Shown here piece by piece: positions 27,609 through 41,477 of a DNA stretch of 64,000 nt (position 1 is the first letter of the stretch; each line of letters opens with the position of its first letter). The notes under the pieces were generated by a model. That model did no database searches. It was not told where the DNA came from and saw only the letters and a list, made by a program, of their open reading frames with translations. Origin of the DNA: Candidatus Omnitrophota bacterium (lineage in GTDB: Bacteria; Omnitrophota; Gorgyraeia; Gygaellales; Profunditerraquicolaceae); the NCBI GenBank assembly GCA_018825985.1, contig JAHKAP010000002.1, positions 650 to 64,649 on the forward strand, in the 5' to 3' direction. The translations under genes were made by a program, and so were the position numbers.

Positions 27609-28289
27609 ATGAAAGCGCGCAGCAAAAGGTATAAGGAATCTGAAAAACAGGCAGATAAAAATAAGGTATATTCGCTTAAAGAAGCGGTGGCCTGCATTAA
27701 AAAGTCAGCGTCGCCGAAATTTGACGCTTCAATCGATATTCATTTCATGCTTAATATTGATCCTAAAAAATCCGAACAAATGGTAAGAGGCACAGTCCTT
27801 CTGCCTCATGGGACCGGAAAACAGGTCAGGGTGGCGGTTTTTTGCAAAGGAGAATTTGAGCAGCTGGCTAAAGAAGCCAAAGCCGACTTAGTCGGTTCTA
27901 ACGAACTTATTGATAAAGTAGCCGGCGGTTTTTTAGATTTTGACTGTGTTATCGCAACTCCGGACATGATGAAAGACCTGAGTAAATTAGGCAAGGTTTT
28001 GGGGCCCAGGGGGCTGATGCCTTCGCCAAAAACCGGAACCGTAACTAATGATATTGTTAAAGCAATTAATGACGTAAAAAAAGGAAAAGTCGAGTTCAGG
28101 GTGGATAAACAGGGCGGCATTCATTTATCCGTAGGCAAGGTTTCATTCTCCGAAGAGAAGATAACGGAAAACGCCTCCTGCGTAATCAAGGCCGTTAATG
28201 AAGCGAAACCAACGACTATAAAAGGTAAGTTCGTCGAAGGTTTATCAATTTCATCAACTATGAATCCCGGGTTTAAGCTGGAAATATAA
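27609..28289 (+). CDS. rplA: 50S ribosomal protein L1
   Basis: RGTVLLPHGTGK, LGPRGLMPSPKTGTV. Confidence 0.98.
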   Translation: MKARSKRYKESEKQADKNKVYSLKEAVACIKKSASPKFDASIDIHFMLNIDPKKSEQMVRGTVLLPHGTGKQVRVAVFCKGEFEQLAKEAKADLVGSNELIDKVAGGFLDFDCVIATPDMMKDLSKLGKVLGPRGLMPSPKTGTVTNDIVKAINDVKKGKVEFRVDKQGGIHLSVGKVSFSEEKITENASCVIKAVNEAKPTTIKGKFVEGLSISSTMNPGFKLEI

Positions 28290-28291
28290 AT

Positions 28292-28816
28292 ATGAAAAAA
28301 ATCGGATTAGTATTTAAGGAGGTTTCGTCAAATCGCATCAAAAATGCCATAGAAGGTTCTGAGAGTTTTTTTGTGATCAAATATTCAGGCCTTTCCTCAC
28401 CAGACCTGTCATCTTTGAGGCAGGCATTGAAAGCTGAAAGCGCCTCCTGTTTTGTGGTAAGGAATAAAGTGGCTCAAAAGACCTTAAAGGATAAATCGCT
28501 GGATAGCCTGATCAAACTTATCGAGGGGCCTTGCGGCCTGGTATTTATTAAGGATGAACCGGTAAGCGTATCCAAACTTTTGTGTAATTTTGCCAAGGAC
28601 CATGAAAAACTAATATTAGAAGGTGGGTATTTAAAAGACAAAATCATAGAGAAAAAAGATATTTTAGCGATGGCTAAGCTTCCTGGTAAGGACGCCCTAA
28701 GGGCTCAGGTAGTGATGACCTTAAATTCACCGATTGTCAAATTGGTGATGGTATTGAATGGAAATTTAAGGAAATTGGTCAGTTGTTTAGATCAAATAAA
28801 GAAGAAAAAACAATAA
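28292..28816 (+). CDS. rplJ: 50S ribosomal protein L10
   Basis: YSGL, LRQAL, VVRN, EGP, AKLP; lies between rplA and rplL. Confidence 0.95.
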   Translation: MKKIGLVFKEVSSNRIKNAIEGSESFFVIKYSGLSSPDLSSLRQALKAESASCFVVRNKVAQKTLKDKSLDSLIKLIEGPCGLVFIKDEPVSVSKLLCNFAKDHEKLILEGGYLKDKIIEKKDILAMAKLPGKDALRAQVVMTLNSPIVKLVMVLNGNLRKLVSCLDQIKKKKQ

Positions 28817-28821
28817 CTGAA

Positions 28822-28887
28822 TATCCTTAGACCCGCTCTCGCGGGGCTAAAGGATCAATTTTCCTGCGGTAACGCGGGAGAAAATTG
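28822..28887. other. Two adjacent hairpins in the rplJ-rplL spacer
   Basis: ATCCTTAGACCCGC-TCTC-GCGGGGCTAAAGGAT and CAATTTTCCTGCG-GTAA-CGCGGGAGAAAATTG, ending at the rplL SD. Confidence 0.6.
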
Positions 28888-28900
28888 AGGAGGAAGTAAA

Positions 28901-29284
28901 ATGGCAAAGTTAGAGGAAATGATCAAATCGATCGAAGAAATGACAGTCCTGGAACTGGCGGATCTGGTCAAGGCTTTGGAAGATAAATTCGGGGTTCAGG
29001 CAAATATGCCGATGATGGCAGCTCCAATGGCAGGCGGACAAGCTGGCGGGGCCTCTCCTGTTGCGGAGGAGAAGACTGCTTTTACCGTAGTATTAGCAAG
29101 CGCTGGCGGAAGCAAGATCTCTGTAATTAAAGAGGTAAGAGCGATGACCAGTTTAGGATTAAAGGAAGCTAAGGACCTGGTTGACGCTGCTCCTAAGCCG
29201 GTTAAAGAGGGCGTTACAAAAGAAGAAGCTGAAGATATGAAGAAGAAACTGGAAGCGGCCGGCGCAACAGTAGAATTAAAATAA
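28901..29284 (+). CDS. rplL: 50S ribosomal protein L7/L12
   Basis: [46 protein letters not shown]. Confidence 0.98.
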   Translation: MAKLEEMIKSIEEMTVLELADLVKALEDKFGVQANMPMMAAPMAGGQAGGASPVAEEKTAFTVVLASAGGSKISVIKEVRAMTSLGLKEAKDLVDAAPKPVKEGVTKEEAEDMKKKLEAAGATVELK

Positions 29285-29314
29285 CAGATCCTTTACCTAT
29301 ATATAGCATAGAAT

Positions 29315-32300
29315 ATGCTTAATAAGCGCAAAAATTTCGCTAAATTCAAAGAGATATACGATCTGCCTAATTTTCTGGATATACAGACCGAGTCTTACCG
29401 TGAGTTCCTTCAGATTAATGCCGCTCAAGGGGATATAAAAACTCAAGGGTTGCAGGAGGTTTTTGAAGACACCTTCCCGATCGAGAATACTGACCGGACT
29501 GTGCGCCTGGAATTCGTAAATTATACCCTTGGCAAGCCTAAATACAATGTTGGTGAATGTAAAAAAAGGTCGTTGACTTATGCTGCTCCGCTTAAAGTTA
29601 GATTCCGCTTAACTACTCCTCAGGAGATCAAAGAGCAAGATGCTTATTTTGGGGAGCTGCCTTTGATGACCGATACCGGAAGTTTTATTATTAACGGAGA
29701 TGAGCGTGTAGTAGTTAGCCAGTTACAGCGTTCACCTGGAGTTTCTTTTGAGGAAGAGGAGCATCCAACTGGAAAGAGCGTGTATCAGGGCAGGATTATA
29801 CCCTACCGCGGGGCTTGGCTAGAATTCAAATATGACCTTTCTGAGACCATCCTGGCTTATGTGGATAGGCGCAGGAATTTTCCAGCTACCCAGATCTTAA
29901 GGATTTTAGGCTATTCAACTGACAACGATATTATTTCCGCATTCTCAAAGGATTTTCCGGAAATTAGAAATACCCTGAAAAAAGATTATACTAAAAACAA
30001 GGAAGAGGCCTATCTTGATTTCTACCGTAAAATGCGGCCGACTGATCCGATAACCAAGGAGGCGGCAGAGGCTTTATTCTATCGTCTATTTTTTGACCCT
30101 AATCGTTACGATCTAGAGAGAGCAGGAAGGTTTGTGCTTAACCGTAAATTAGAGATGGAAGTTTCTTTAGATAAGAGGATCCTGGATTCAGCCACAGTAA
30201 TTAAAGTAATAGAATATTTGATCAAGCTTAAAGAAGGTGAAGGAAAAATCGATGATATCGATCATTTAGGCAATCGCAGGATCAAGACTGTCGGCGAACT
30301 GGTCCAAAATCAGGTCAGGATCGGGATGAGCCGGATCGAGCGTTCGATCAGGGAGAAGATCGGTGTATTAAGCGATCTAAGCGCATTAAATGTGCATACC
30401 CTGATAAATTCGAAATTATTTTCCACCCAGCTGCATGATTTTTTCGGCCGCAGCCAGTTGTCTCAGTTTATGGATCAGGTTAACCCCTTAGCTGAAATTA
30501 CCCATAAACGCAGGTTAAGCGCTTTAGGACCTGGCGGGTTATCCCGCGAACGGGCTGGATTTGAAGTCAGGGATATCCATCCTTCGCATTACGGAAGAGT
30601 CTGCCCTATAGAAACTCCTGAGGGCCCGAATATCGGCTTGATTGCTTCTTTAAGTACCTATGCCCGGGTTAATCCTTTAGGCTTATTGGAGACTCCTTAT
30701 AGGAAAGCCGAAGATGGCAGGGTTACTAAAAAGATTGAATATCTGACTGCCGATATTGAAGAAGGGAAGATAATTGCTCAGGCTAACGTGCCCTTGGATG
30801 GCGATGGTTATTTCGTAGAAAAAGAGGTTTCTTGTCGTTTTAAAGGCGATTTTCCTAAAGTAAGCCCTAAACAGGTTGAATATATGGATGTTTCTCCAAA
30901 ACAGCTGGTCTCGGTTGCCGCTTCATTGATTCCGTTTTTAGAGCATGATGACGCTAACCGGGCGCTTATGGGTTCAAACATGCAGAGGCAGGGCGTTCCC
31001 TTGATGATTAATGAATCTCCGATCGTAGGTACGGGTATGGAAGAAAAAGTTGCTTATGATTCAGGCACTGTTGTTATTGCTGAGGAATCAGGTAAGGTCA
31101 CCAGGGTTGACGGAGCCTCTATAACCGCAGGCAAGAAAACGTATGCTTTAAAGAAATTCCTGCGTACTAATGCCGATACCTGTTTAAATCAAAGGCCGAT
31201 AGTTAAGCTTGGTGAGCATGTGGAAAAAGGCCAGGTTATTGCCGATGGTATGTGTACCAAAAACGCTGAATTGGCCTTAGGCAAAAATGTTATGGTGGCT
31301 TTTATGCCCTGGAGAGGGTTTAATTTTGAGGATGCTATTGTTATCAGCGAGAAACTGGTAAAGGAGGATGTATTTACCTCTATTCATGTAAAAGAATTTG
31401 AGATTGAGGCTATTGAGACCCGGTTAGGTAATGAAGAAATTACCCGCGATATTCCCAATGTCAGCGAAGATTCATTAAACAACCTGGATCAGGATGGTAT
31501 TGTCCGGATCGGGGCTGAAGTAGGCCCTGGAGATATATTGGTAGGTAAGGTTACTCCAAAAACTGAATCCGAGCTTTCCCCTGAAGAAAGGCTCTTAAGG
31601 GCTATATTCGGCGAAAAGGCTTCGGATGTCCGGGATACTTCCTTAATCGTTCCGCCGGGAGTTGAAGGCGTAGTGGTAGACGTGCATATATTCCAGCGCA
31701 AGGACCGGGGCAGGAAGTCTAAAGAAGAAAAAAGCAAAGAACTGGCCAAGGTCAGAGAGTTGAAAGCTTACTATAAGCAGGAAGTTGAATTCCTGCAAGT
31801 TGAGAAGGCCAGCCGCCTGGCCCATCTTTTAGGCATTGATAAGTCTAAGATCGAGAAAATAGATTTTGAAGAGAGTGATAATGAAGAAGCCAAAATAGTG
31901 GCTAATTCATATGATGAGCAGATCCGTGAGCTGTTGAATGAACAGCAGCAGGAAATAGATAAAGTAAGGCGCGGAGATGAATTGCCTCCGGGCGTATTAA
32001 AGCGGGTTGTGGCTTATGTTGCTACCAAAAGAAAGCTTGCCGTAGGCGATAAACTATCGGGCCGCCACGGCAACAAAGGCGTGGTAGCCAAGATATTGCC
32101 TGAATACAGTATGCCTTATCTGCCGGACGGAACTCCGGTGGAAATGATCTTAAATCCATTAGGCGTGCCTTCACGTATGAACGTGGGGCAGATATTAGAG
32201 ACCCATTTAGGCTGGGCAGCCAAAGCTTTAGGGATCAGTATTATGACTCCGGTATTTGATGGGGCTAAAGAAATCGAGGTCAAAGAGATGTTAAAAAAAG

Positions 32301-32731
32301 CAGGCCTGCCTGAAGATGGCAAGACCATGCTTTTTGACGGATACACCGGCGAATCATTTAATCAGACGATCACCGTTGGTTATATTTATATGATGAAATT
32401 GATCCATTTGGTGGACGAAAAGATACATGCCCGCTCTATCGGCCCATATTCATTGGTAACTCAGCAGCCTTTGGGCGGCAAAGCCCAGTTTGGCGGCCAG
32501 AGGTTAGGTGAAATGGAAGTTTGGGCCCTGGAAGCTTACGGCGCTGCTTTTACTTTGCAAGAGATGTTGACGGTGAAAAGCGATGACGTAAACGGAAGAA
32601 CTAAGATCTACGAAGCAATAGTTAAAGGAGAACAACATTTAACTCACGGCACTCCTGAATCCTTTAATGTTCTGGTAAAGGAATTACAGGGTTTAGGATT
32701 AGATGTCCGTTTAGAGAAAGCAGCCAAATAA
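29315..32731 (+). CDS. rpoB: RNA polymerase beta subunit
   Basis: [47 protein letters not shown]. Confidence 0.99.
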   Translation: MLNKRKNFAKFKEIYDLPNFLDIQTESYREFLQINAAQGDIKTQGLQEVFEDTFPIENTDRTVRLEFVNYTLGKPKYNVGECKKRSLTYAAPLKVRFRLTTPQEIKEQDAYFGELPLMTDTGSFIINGDERVVVSQLQRSPGVSFEEEEHPTGKSVYQGRIIPYRGAWLEFKYDLSETILAYVDRRRNFPATQILRILGYSTDNDIISAFSKDFPEIRNTLKKDYTKNKEEAYLDFYRKMRPTDPITKEAAEALFYRLFFDPNRYDLERAGRFVLNRKLEMEVSLDKRILDSATVIKVIEYLIKLKEGEGKIDDIDHLGNRRIKTVGELVQNQVRIGMSRIERSIREKIGVLSDLSALNVHTLINSKLFSTQLHDFFGRSQLSQFMDQVNPLAEITHKRRLSALGPGGLSRERAGFEVRDIHPSHYGRVCPIETPEGPNIGLIASLSTYARVNPLGLLETPYRKAEDGRVTKKIEYLTADIEEGKIIAQANVPLDGDGYFVEKEVSCRFKGDFPKVSPKQVEYMDVSPKQLVSVAASLIPFLEHDDANRALMGSNMQRQGVPLMINESPIVGTGMEEKVAYDSGTVVIAEESGKVTRVDGASITAGKKTYALKKFLRTNADTCLNQRPIVKLGEHVEKGQVIADGMCTKNAELALGKNVMVAFMPWRGFNFEDAIVISEKLVKEDVFTSIHVKEFEIEAIETRLGNEEITRDIPNVSEDSLNNLDQDGIVRIGAEVGPGDILVGKVTPKTESELSPEERLLRAIFGEKASDVRDTSLIVPPGVEGVVVDVHIFQRKDRGRKSKEEKSKELAKVRELKAYYKQEVEFLQVEKASRLAHLLGIDKSKIEKIDFEESDNEEAKIVANSYDEQIRELLNEQQQEIDKVRRGDELPPGVLKRVVAYVATKRKLAVGDKLSGRHGNKGVVAKILPEYSMPYLPDGTPVEMILNPLGVPSRMNVGQILETHLGWAAKALGISIMTPVFDGAKEIEVKEMLKKAGLPEDGKTMLFDGYTGESFNQTITVGYIYMMKLIHLVDEKIHARSIGPYSLVTQQPLGGKAQFGGQRLGEMEVWALEAYGAAFTLQEMLTVKSDDVNGRTKIYEAIVKGEQHLTHGTPESFNVLVKELQGLGLDVRLEKAAK

Positions 32732-35700
32732 TGCCAGAAAATCTAGCATTTGATAGTATAACGATTAAATTAGCTTCGCCGGCAGTCATCCATTCATGGT
32801 CTAAGGGAGAAGTCAGAAAGGCTGAAACTGTAAATTACCGGACTTTAAAACCGGAAAAGGACGGCCTCTTCTGCGAAAAGATTTTTGGGCCGGTCAGGGA
32901 CTGGGAATGTAACTGCGGTAAATATAAAGGAATAAAATTTAAAGGTATTACCTGCGACCGCTGCGGTGTTATAGTGGATCATTCCTCAATAAGAAGAGAG
33001 CGGATGGGCCATATCGAGTTAGCCGCGCCTGTAATGCATATCTGGTTTTTTAAGGTAGTCCCCAGCAGGCTTTCAGCGCTATTGGATATAAACTTAAGAG
33101 AACTGGAAAAAGTTATATATTATGAAGAGTATGTGGTTATTGACCCCGGGACCACCCCTTTAAAGAAAAAAGAATTACTTACTGAAGATAAGTACCAGGA
33201 GGCATTTGATAAATACGGCTCTAAATTCAAGGCAAAAATGGGAGCGGAAGCAGTTCAGGACCTGTTAAAAGAAGTTGATCTTGATGCCGCCTGCCGCAAA
33301 CTTCGCCGGGATCTGGAAAAATCCAAGGAGGTCCTGAGCAATCGTAAATCATTAAAAAATCTAAAGATAGTCGAAGATTTCCGTAAATCCGCAAACAAGC
33401 CGGAATGGATGATCATGGATGTTCTGCCGGTAATTCCTCCTGATTTAAGACCGTTAGTTCCTTTAGAGGGGGGCAGATTCGCTACATCTGATCTTAATGA
33501 TCTATACCGCAGGGTAATCAACCGGAATAACCGTTTAAAGAAACTAATTGAATTAAGCGCGCCCGATATAATCGTGCGTAATGAGAAGCGCATGCTTCAG
33601 GAGGCAGTTGACGCGCTTTTAGATAATGGAAGGCATGGCCGGGCAGTCGTGGGCAGTAATAACCGTCCTTTAAAATCGCTCTCTGATATGCTTAAAGGTA
33701 AACAGGGCCGGTTCCGCCAGAATCTTTTAGGTAAGCGCGTAGATTATTCCGGCCGTTCGGTAATTGTAGTGGGCCCTGAGTTAAAACTGCATGAATGCGG
33801 GCTTCCTAAGCAGATGGCCCTGGAATTATTTGAGCCGTTTATAATTAAGAAATTAAAAGAAAAGGGGTTTGTCCATACTATTAAAGGCGCGCGCAGGATG
33901 GTTGGCCATGGAAAAATAGAGGTCTGGGATATGCTGGATGAGGTGATCAAAGACCACCCTGTGCTTTTAAACCGCGCTCCTACATTGCATCGTTTAAGCA
34001 TCCAGGCGTTTCAGCCTGTTTTGATCGAAGGAAAGGCGATTAAGATCCATCCTTTAGTCTGCGCCGGGTTTAATGCTGATTTTGACGGCGACCAGATGGC
34101 AGTGCATGTCCCCTTGTCTATCGAGTCCCAGACTGAATGTAAAGTTTTAATGCTATCGGTTAATAATGTTTTTTCTCCTGCCCATGGCCGGCCGGTGGTC
34201 ACGCCCAGCCAGGATATAGTTTTAGGGCTTTCTTATCTATCCAAGGAAAGGCCCGGGGCAAAAGGTGAAAATAAATTATTCGCGAATAATGACGAAGTTA
34301 TCGTGGCAAATAATGATAAAGAAGTAGAACTTAATGCTAAGATAAAATTAAGAGTATATTCGGTATATGACCTATCCGAAAAGAAAGTGATTTCCGGCAG
34401 ACAGATCATAAATACCACTGTAGGCAGAGTTATATTCAATCAGATCCTTCCCGATGGTTTTGGTTTTGTAAATCGGGAATTAAATAAGAGTAATGTAGGA
34501 GAGGTAGTTGCTGAATGCTATAAACGGTTCGGACACGAGCGGGCGATCCAGCTATTAGATGATATCAAGGGTTTGGGTTTTGAGGCCGCCACGCTCGGCG
34601 GCATTTCAATAGGTATTGATGATTTGGTAATTCCAAAAGCTAAACAGGAAGTATTAAAGGAAGCCAGGGCCGAGGTGGCAAAAGTCGAGGATCAGTACCG
34701 TAAAGGTATTATTACCGACCGGGAACGTTTTAATAAGGTTATTGATATCTGGACTCATGTTACGGATAAAGTTTCAGATATGTTGTTCAAAGAGATGGAG
34801 CCTTTTAATCCTATATTTATGATGGCTGATAGCGGCGCCAGGGGTTCGAGGATGCAGGTCAGACAGTTAGCCGGGATGAGAGGGTTAATGGCTAAGCCAT
34901 CGGGCGAGATTATTGAAAACCCGATTACCGCGAATTTCAAAGAAGGATTGACGGTTTTGGAATATTTTATTTCTACCCACGGCGCCAGGAAGGGTTTGGC
35001 TGATACCGCCCTTAAGACCGCTGACGCCGGATACCTGACCCGCAGGTTGGTTGATGTTTGTCAGGAGATAATTATTACTGAAGATGACTGTGGCACCTTA
35101 AACGGTATAACTGTCCAGGCTATTACTGAGGGAAATGAATTAGTAGTAAGTTTGAAGGATCGGATTGTTGGCAGGGTGGCCTTGGATAATATAGTTGATA
35201 TTATTACCGATGAAGTCATTGTTGAACAAGGCGAGCAGATTACCGATGAAAAAGCCGATATGATCGATAAATTAGGGATCGAGAAGATCCGGATCCGCAG
35301 TGTCCTTACCTGCGAATCTGAACGGGGCGTATGCATTAAGTGTTACGGCCGCAATCTCGCTACCGGCAGATTAGTAGAAGCAGGCGAGGCAGTGGGTGTA
35401 ATTGCCGCCCAAAGCATCGGCGAACCCGGTACCCAGCTCACCCTTAGGACTTTCCATATCGGTGGAACGGCTTCCCGCAGCGTTGAACAGTCACGGATTA
35501 ATGCCAAGAATAAAGGTTTTATCAAGTACCACAATTTAAGGATCGCTCCCAAGAAAAAAGAATTTGTACTTTTAAATCGTAATGGTTCAATAAGCATTAA
35601 TGATAAAGACGGCCGGGAGTTAGAGCGTTATCTCGTGCCCCAGGGCTCTTTTATCGCTTTTAATGATGGTGATGAGATCAATAAGGGGATTTCATTCGTT

Positions 35701-36774
35701 CATTGGGATCCATATACCGCGCCCATACTTACCGAGGTTAGCGGGATCGTAAAATATGAAGATTTAAAGGAAAAGGTCTCGGTTGTCCAGGAAGTTAATC
35801 CGGTTACTAAGTCAATTGAGCAGGTGGTAGTTGAGCACAAAGCGGATTACCATCCTCAGATCGTTATATTGGATAATAAAAAAGAAGTTATGGGTATTTA
35901 TCCTATTCCTATCGGCGCGCACATTCTGGTTAAAGATGGCCAGGCTATTGAGGCCGGCGATCTTTTGGCTAAGATACCTCGTTTAACCGTAAAGACCAGG
36001 GATATTACCGGTGGTCTGCCTAGAGTCGCTGAATTATTTGAAGCCAGGAGGCCTAAGGACCCGGCAGTTATCAGTGAAATAGATGGTTTTGTCGAGTTCG
36101 GAGAGACTAAAAAAGGACAGAGAGTGATCGTAGTTAAATCTCCTACCGGCATGCAAAGGGAATATGTAATTCCTCACGGTAAACATCCTAATGTTTATAA
36201 GGGTGATAGGGTTACTGCCGGCCAGCAGTTAACCGACGGTCCGGTCGTATTGCAGGATATTTTAAGGGTCTGCGGGGACAAGGTCCTGCAGGAATACCTG
36301 GTTAATGAAGTCCAGGAAGTATACCGGCTTCAGGGCGTGCATATTAACGATAAGCATATCGAGTTAATCATCCGCCAGATGCTGAAAAAAATCAGAGTGG
36401 AAGATCCAGGCGATACTGAATTCCTGGCTCTGCAGCAGGTGGATAAATGGAGATTTCAGAAAGAGAATGCCCGGGTGATCAAGAAAGGCGCTAAGCCGGC
36501 CCAGGCCACTCCTTTATTATTGGGTATAACCAAGGCCTCTTTGACCACTGAGAGTTTTATCTCCGCGGCCAGTTTTCAGGAGACCACCCGCATGCTTACT
36601 GACGCGGCCACGTCTGGAAAACGCGATGAACTTTTCGGATTAAAAGAGAATATTATTGTCGGCCACCTAATTCCGGCGGGAACCGGTTATCCTATACATC
36701 GGGATATCACAGTAGTAAAATTAAATAAAGAAACCAAGGAAAAAGAAACCTCTAAAGAAACTAAAAAGGAATAA
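32731..36774 (+). CDS. rpoC: RNA polymerase beta' subunit
   Basis: [28 protein letters not shown]. Confidence 0.99.
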   Translation: MPENLAFDSITIKLASPAVIHSWSKGEVRKAETVNYRTLKPEKDGLFCEKIFGPVRDWECNCGKYKGIKFKGITCDRCGVIVDHSSIRRERMGHIELAAPVMHIWFFKVVPSRLSALLDINLRELEKVIYYEEYVVIDPGTTPLKKKELLTEDKYQEAFDKYGSKFKAKMGAEAVQDLLKEVDLDAACRKLRRDLEKSKEVLSNRKSLKNLKIVEDFRKSANKPEWMIMDVLPVIPPDLRPLVPLEGGRFATSDLNDLYRRVINRNNRLKKLIELSAPDIIVRNEKRMLQEAVDALLDNGRHGRAVVGSNNRPLKSLSDMLKGKQGRFRQNLLGKRVDYSGRSVIVVGPELKLHECGLPKQMALELFEPFIIKKLKEKGFVHTIKGARRMVGHGKIEVWDMLDEVIKDHPVLLNRAPTLHRLSIQAFQPVLIEGKAIKIHPLVCAGFNADFDGDQMAVHVPLSIESQTECKVLMLSVNNVFSPAHGRPVVTPSQDIVLGLSYLSKERPGAKGENKLFANNDEVIVANNDKEVELNAKIKLRVYSVYDLSEKKVISGRQIINTTVGRVIFNQILPDGFGFVNRELNKSNVGEVVAECYKRFGHERAIQLLDDIKGLGFEAATLGGISIGIDDLVIPKAKQEVLKEARAEVAKVEDQYRKGIITDRERFNKVIDIWTHVTDKVSDMLFKEMEPFNPIFMMADSGARGSRMQVRQLAGMRGLMAKPSGEIIENPITANFKEGLTVLEYFISTHGARKGLADTALKTADAGYLTRRLVDVCQEIIITEDDCGTLNGITVQAITEGNELVVSLKDRIVGRVALDNIVDIITDEVIVEQGEQITDEKADMIDKLGIEKIRIRSVLTCESERGVCIKCYGRNLATGRLVEAGEAVGVIAAQSIGEPGTQLTLRTFHIGGTASRSVEQSRINAKNKGFIKYHNLRIAPKKKEFVLLNRNGSISINDKDGRELERYLVPQGSFIAFNDGDEINKGISFVHWDPYTAPILTEVSGIVKYEDLKEKVSVVQEVNPVTKSIEQVVVEHKADYHPQIVILDNKKEVMGIYPIPIGAHILVKDGQAIEAGDLLAKIPRLTVKTRDITGGLPRVAELFEARRPKDPAVISEIDGFVEFGETKKGQRVIVVKSPTGMQREYVIPHGKHPNVYKGDRVTAGQQLTDGPVVLQDILRVCGDKVLQEYLVNEVQEVYRLQGVHINDKHIELIIRQMLKKIRVEDPGDTEFLALQQVDKWRFQKENARVIKKGAKPAQATPLLLGITKASLTTESFISAASFQETTRMLTDAATSGKRDELFGLKENIIVGHLIPAGTGYPIHRDITVVKLNKETKEKETSKETKKE

Positions 36775-36779
36775 AAGTT

Positions 36780-37157
36780 ATGCCTACTATCTCACAACTG
36801 ATTAGATTCAGCCGTAATTCCAAGGTGAAGAAATCCAAATCCATGGCTTTAAAGTCCTGCCCGCAGCGCAGGGGTGTTTGCATTCAGGTTAAGACTATGA
36901 CACCGAAAAAGCCGAATTCAGCGCTGAGAAAGATCGCCAGGGTGAGGCTTACCACTGGGATCGAGGTAACCGCTTATATTCCCGGAGAAGGCCATAATTT
37001 ACAGGAGCATTCCATAGTATTAGTAAGAGGCGGCAGGGTAAAAGACCTTCCGGGTGTAAGATATCATATAGTCAGAGGAACTCTGGATGCGGCAGGAGTA
37101 AATCAGCGAAGGAAATCCCGCTCAAAATACGGGGCAAAAATGCCGAAGGCAGCATAA
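36780..37157 (+). CDS. rpsL: 30S ribosomal protein S12
   Basis: [23 protein letters not shown]. Confidence 0.99.
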   Translation: MPTISQLIRFSRNSKVKKSKSMALKSCPQRRGVCIQVKTMTPKKPNSALRKIARVRLTTGIEVTAYIPGEGHNLQEHSIVLVRGGRVKDLPGVRYHIVRGTLDAAGVNQRRKSRSKYGAKMPKAA

Positions 37158-37161
37158 AAAA

Positions 37162-37248
37162 GGGCACGGATACACGCGGATAAAAGAACGGATTAACACG
37201 GATAAAATCTGTGAAAATTCCGTGTAAAAAATCCGTGGAAATCGGTGT
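37162..37248. repeat. Family C1 element (inverted relative to the 14163 copy)
   Basis: CACGGAT/CGCGGAT/ACGGAT iterations then ATCTGTG/TCCGTG/ATCCGTG/ATCGGTG. Confidence 0.85.
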
Positions 37249-37254
37249 AAAAAA

Positions 37255-37725
37255 ATGAGAAGAAAAAGGGTATTCAGAAAAGAAACTTTATCAGATCCTA
37301 AATATAACAATAAGATAGTCGGTAAATTTATTAATATGGTTATGTTGGAAGGTAAAAAGTCCGTGGCAGAAAGGATAGTTTACGGAGCGTTTGAATCCGT
37401 AAAAAAGCACCTCAATGAACCGGATGTGATAAAAGTATTTAATAAGGCTATTGATAATGTGCGTCCCCGCCTGGAGGTAAAGCCCCGCAGGGTGGGAGGC
37501 GCGACATACCAGGTTCCGATCGAGGTCAGGCAGGACCGCGGGGCATCAATCGCTTTACGCTGGATACGGGATTTTGCCAAGAATAAAAAAGGTAAATCCA
37601 TGAAAGAAAAACTAGCCGACGAGATCATGTCTGCTTATAAAGGCGAAGGTTCGGCGATCAAGAAAAGGGATGATACGCATAAAATGGCGGATTCAAATAA
37701 GGCCTTTGCCCATTTTAGGTGGTAA
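37255..37725 (+). CDS. rpsG: 30S ribosomal protein S7
   Basis: GKKSVAE, RRVGGATYQVP, HKMADSNKAFAHFRW. Confidence 0.99.
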   Translation: MRRKRVFRKETLSDPKYNNKIVGKFINMVMLEGKKSVAERIVYGAFESVKKHLNEPDVIKVFNKAIDNVRPRLEVKPRRVGGATYQVPIEVRQDRGASIALRWIRDFAKNKKGKSMKEKLADEIMSAYKGEGSAIKKRDDTHKMADSNKAFAHFRW

Positions 37726-37735
37726 GCTTTAAATG

Positions 37736-37812
37736 CAGGGACGGTTCTGAAACTGATCTTAAACTGTCCCCAAAAAAGGGACACTTTAGCTTTGATTTCA
37801 GAACCGTCCCTG
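37736..37812. repeat. Family B palindromic element (inverted relative to the 11604 copy)
   Basis: CAGGGACGGTTCTGAAA...TTTCAGAACCGTCCCTG; inner GGGACACTTTAGCTTTG is the reverse complement of CAAAGCTAAAGTGTCCC at ~11622. Confidence 0.9.
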
Positions 37813-37823
37813 ACTGAAAGAAT

Positions 37824-39920
37824 ATGGATAGACACATACCATTAGAGAGAATCAGGAATATCGGGATCATCGCCCATATTGACGCTGGAAAGACCACGAC
37901 TACCGAACGGATCCTTTATTATACCGGAAGGACCTATAAGATAGGCGAGGTTAATGAGGGTACGGCGACAATGGATTGGATGGTCCAGGAACAGGAGAGA
38001 GGCATAACTATTACTGCGGCAGCTACTACCTGTTTATGGAAAGATTTTTATATTAGTATTATTGATACTCCCGGGCACGTTGATTTTACCGTAGAAGTAG
38101 AGAGATCGCTTAAAGTTTTAGACGGAGCAGTGGTGGTTTTTTGCGGAGTAGGCGGGGTTGAACCTCAGTCAGAAACGGTCTGGCGGCAGGCGGATCGTTA
38201 TGGCGTACCCAGGATCGCTTTTGTCAACAAGATGGACCGCACTGGCGCGAATTTCATAGAAACAATCGACCAGATGCATAAAAGGTTAGGGGCAAACGCC
38301 GGAGCTATCCAGCTTCCCTATGGAGTGGCAGAGAATTTTAACGGTATTATTGATTTGATTGAAAATAAGCTTATATCTTATACTGAAGTAACCGGAAAGG
38401 AATTTGAGGTTATAGAGATACCTGAAGACGCAAAGAAGGATGCTGAGCATTACCGTAATCTGCTGATTGAAAAATTGGCTGAGGCTGATGATGAAATGCT
38501 GGATATCTATCTTCACCAAAAAGAAATTACCACTGCTAAAATAAAGGAAGTTATCCGCCGGACAGTGGTCCAAAATAAATTTATTCCGGTTCTTTGCGGT
38601 TCCTCATTCAGGAATAAGGGCGTGCAGATGCTATTGGATGCGGTGGGAGATTACCTGCCTTCCCCTAAGGACGTTCCTCCGATTAAAGGGACTAATCCTA
38701 AGACTGAGGAATTTGAGGAAATCGTTGTTAGCGAGAAAGCTCCTTTTTGCGCTTTTTGTTTTAAGGTCGCCACTGATCCTTTTGTGGGCAAACTAAATTA
38801 TATCCGGGTGTATTCTGGTACCCTGAATTCAGGTAAATACATCTATAATTCCAGTAAAAGGGAAAAAGAGCGGATAACTAAACTTTTAAGGATGCATGCT
38901 AATCGTCAGGAGATCATTGAGGCTGCATATGCCGGGGATATCGTGGCCGCGGTTGGTTTAAAGGAGACTAAGACCGGCGATACTCTCTGCGAAGAATCTA
39001 ATCAGATATTAATCGAGGCAATGCGTTTTCCTGAGCCGGTTATCCAGCAGGCGATCGAGCCTAAAACTAAGAATGATCAGGAAAGGCTGGGTATGGCTTT
39101 GCACAAGTTAGTGGAAGAAGATCCGTCATTCAGGGTTAATTATAATCACGAAACCGGCCAGACCGTAATATCAGGGATGGGGCAATTGCATCTTGAGATT
39201 ATTGCCGATAGGATTTTAAGGGAATTTAATGTTCAGGTCCAGACCGGATTTCCGGAAGTCGCGTACCGCGAGACCATTACTAAAAAAGTCAGCTCTACTG
39301 GTAAATTTATTCAGCAGTCCGGAGGCAGGGGCCAATACGGCCATGTCGTGATTGAGTTAGAGCCTCAGGAGGCTCCGGGTGCCGGTATCACATTTGAAAA
39401 TAAGATAAAAGGCGGAGCGATCCCCCAGGAATTTATTCCGTCGGTAAAAGACGGAATATTTGACTGCGCCAAGAGCGGGGTATTAGCCAATTATCCGGTT
39501 ACCGATGTTAAAGTTATCCTGGTGGACGGGTCATTCCATGAGGTGGATTCTTCGGAAATGGCTTTTAAAATGGCCGCCAGTATCGCTTTATCCGACGGCA
39601 TGCGCAAGGCCCATCCGGTATTACTGGAACCGATCATGGATATGGAGATAATCGTACCCGAAGAATTTATGGGAGTGATAATCGGCGATTTAAGTTCCCG
39701 CCGGGCAAAGATAGTCTCGATCAACCCCAGGGCAAATGTCCGGGCGATCAAGACTTTCGTCCCCCTGGCTGAAATATTTAATTACGCGACCGTATCAAGG
39801 TCATTAACTCAGGGCCGCGCGTCTTATACAATGGAGCCCTCATATTACACTGAGGTGCCTTTATATATATCTGAAAAAATTATATCGGGTTTTGCCTCTT
39901 CAGGACAAAAACAACGTTAA
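37824..39920 (+). CDS. fusA: Elongation factor G
   Basis: [35 protein letters not shown]. Confidence 0.99.
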   Translation: MDRHIPLERIRNIGIIAHIDAGKTTTTERILYYTGRTYKIGEVNEGTATMDWMVQEQERGITITAAATTCLWKDFYISIIDTPGHVDFTVEVERSLKVLDGAVVVFCGVGGVEPQSETVWRQADRYGVPRIAFVNKMDRTGANFIETIDQMHKRLGANAGAIQLPYGVAENFNGIIDLIENKLISYTEVTGKEFEVIEIPEDAKKDAEHYRNLLIEKLAEADDEMLDIYLHQKEITTAKIKEVIRRTVVQNKFIPVLCGSSFRNKGVQMLLDAVGDYLPSPKDVPPIKGTNPKTEEFEEIVVSEKAPFCAFCFKVATDPFVGKLNYIRVYSGTLNSGKYIYNSSKREKERITKLLRMHANRQEIIEAAYAGDIVAAVGLKETKTGDTLCEESNQILIEAMRFPEPVIQQAIEPKTKNDQERLGMALHKLVEEDPSFRVNYNHETGQTVISGMGQLHLEIIADRILREFNVQVQTGFPEVAYRETITKKVSSTGKFIQQSGGRGQYGHVVIELEPQEAPGAGITFENKIKGGAIPQEFIPSVKDGIFDCAKSGVLANYPVTDVKVILVDGSFHEVDSSEMAFKMAASIALSDGMRKAHPVLLEPIMDMEIIVPEEFMGVIIGDLSSRRAKIVSINPRANVRAIKTFVPLAEIFNYATVSRSLTQGRASYTMEPSYYTEVPLYISEKIISGFASSGQKQR

Positions 39921-39947
39921 GCCTTATTAAAATCAGGAGGTGATGTA

Positions 39948-41153
39948 ATGGCTAAAGAAAAGTTTGTAAGAAATAGGCCTCACGTAAACATCGGGACAAT
40001 CGGACACATCGATCACGGTAAAACTACTTTGACCGCGGCTATTACCCATGTCTTGGCAAAGTTAGGCAAGGCTACTGCCCGTGATTACGCGGATATCGCT
40101 AAAGGCGGGACAGTAAGGGATGAGACCAAGGTAGTTACTATTTCAGTTGCCCATGTTGAATATGAAACCGATAATCGCCATTATGCCCATATTGACTGTC
40201 CGGGGCATGCGGATTACATTAAAAATATGATAACCGGAGCCGCTCAGATGGACGGCGCGATCCTGGTGGTTTCAGCTGTTGACGGTCCGATGCCTCAGAC
40301 CAGAGAGCACATTCTTTTAGCCCGTCAGGTCAATGTGCCTTCAATGGTAGTATTTTTGAATAAAGTAGATATTGTTACTGATCCGGAATTGATCGATCTG
40401 GTTGAGATGGAAGTAAGAGATCTTTTGACCAAATATGGTTATCCGGGAGATAAAACTCCGGTCATTAGAGGAAGTTCATTAAAGGCTATGCAGGCGGCAG
40501 GAGATCCTAATTCACCCGATGTCAAGCCTATACTGGACCTGATGAAGGCCTGCGATGAATTTATACCTTTGCCGGTTAGAGAATTAGATAAGCCTCTGTT
40601 GATGGCGGTTGAAGACGTATTCACCATCGAAGGAAGAGGGACTGTAGGCACCGGCAGGATTGAGCGCGGCAAAGTCAAACTCAATGATGAGGTAGAGATA
40701 ATCGGGTTAAAACCGGAGATCAAGAAATCAGTTGTTACCGGTATTGAAATGTTCCGCAAGCTTTTGGAAGAAGGACAGGCCGGCGATAACGTAGGGCTCT
40801 TATTAAGAGGCGTGGATAAGAATGATATTGAGCGCGGGATGGTTATTGCTGCCCCTAAATCCATTACTCCTCATACTAAGTTCAAGGCCCAGGTTTACAT
40901 ATTGACCAAAGAAGAAGGCGGAAGGCATACACCGTTCTTTTCAGGTTACAGGCCGCAGTTTTATTTTCGGACCACCGATGTAACCGGATCGTCAAAACTT
41001 CCTCAGGGAGTGGAGATGGTTATGCCCGGTGATAATGTTACGCTGGAGATCGAGTTGATCCAGCCTGTTGCCATGGAAAAGGAATCCCGTTTCGCCATCC
41101 GCGAAGGCGGGCATACAGTGGGAGCGGGCGTTGTTACTGAAATTACAGCATAA
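39948..41153 (+). CDS. tuf: Elongation factor Tu
   Basis: [30 protein letters not shown]. Confidence 0.99.
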   Translation: MAKEKFVRNRPHVNIGTIGHIDHGKTTLTAAITHVLAKLGKATARDYADIAKGGTVRDETKVVTISVAHVEYETDNRHYAHIDCPGHADYIKNMITGAAQMDGAILVVSAVDGPMPQTREHILLARQVNVPSMVVFLNKVDIVTDPELIDLVEMEVRDLLTKYGYPGDKTPVIRGSSLKAMQAAGDPNSPDVKPILDLMKACDEFIPLPVRELDKPLLMAVEDVFTIEGRGTVGTGRIERGKVKLNDEVEIIGLKPEIKKSVVTGIEMFRKLLEEGQAGDNVGLLLRGVDKNDIERGMVIAAPKSITPHTKFKAQVYILTKEEGGRHTPFFSGYRPQFYFRTTDVTGSSKLPQGVEMVMPGDNVTLEIELIQPVAMEKESRFAIREGGHTVGAGVVTEITA

Positions 41154-41167
41154 CCGACTAAATAAAT

Positions 41168-41467
41168 ATGCAAAAAATCAGAATAAAATTAAAGGCATAT
41201 GACCACCGCCTGTTAGATCAGGCGACAGAGGAGATAGTGGATACTGTTAAACGAACAGGAGCTTCTATCTGTGGCCCACTGCCGCTTCCTACTAAAAGGG
41301 AGGTTTATACGGTTTTGACTTCGCCGGTCATCGATAAGAAATCGCGCGAGCAATTTCAGATATCTACACATAAGCGGCTTATCGATATATATGAACCGAC
41401 ATCCAAGACTATTGACGCCTTGAGGAAGTTAAATCTTCCTGCTGGAGTGGACGTAGAAATAAAGTAA
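41168..41467 (+). CDS. rpsJ: 30S ribosomal protein S10
   Basis: [29 protein letters not shown]. Confidence 0.98.
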   Translation: MQKIRIKLKAYDHRLLDQATEEIVDTVKRTGASICGPLPLPTKREVYTVLTSPVIDKKSREQFQISTHKRLIDIYEPTSKTIDALRKLNLPAGVDVEIK

Positions 41468-41477
41468 GCGTTCTTTA

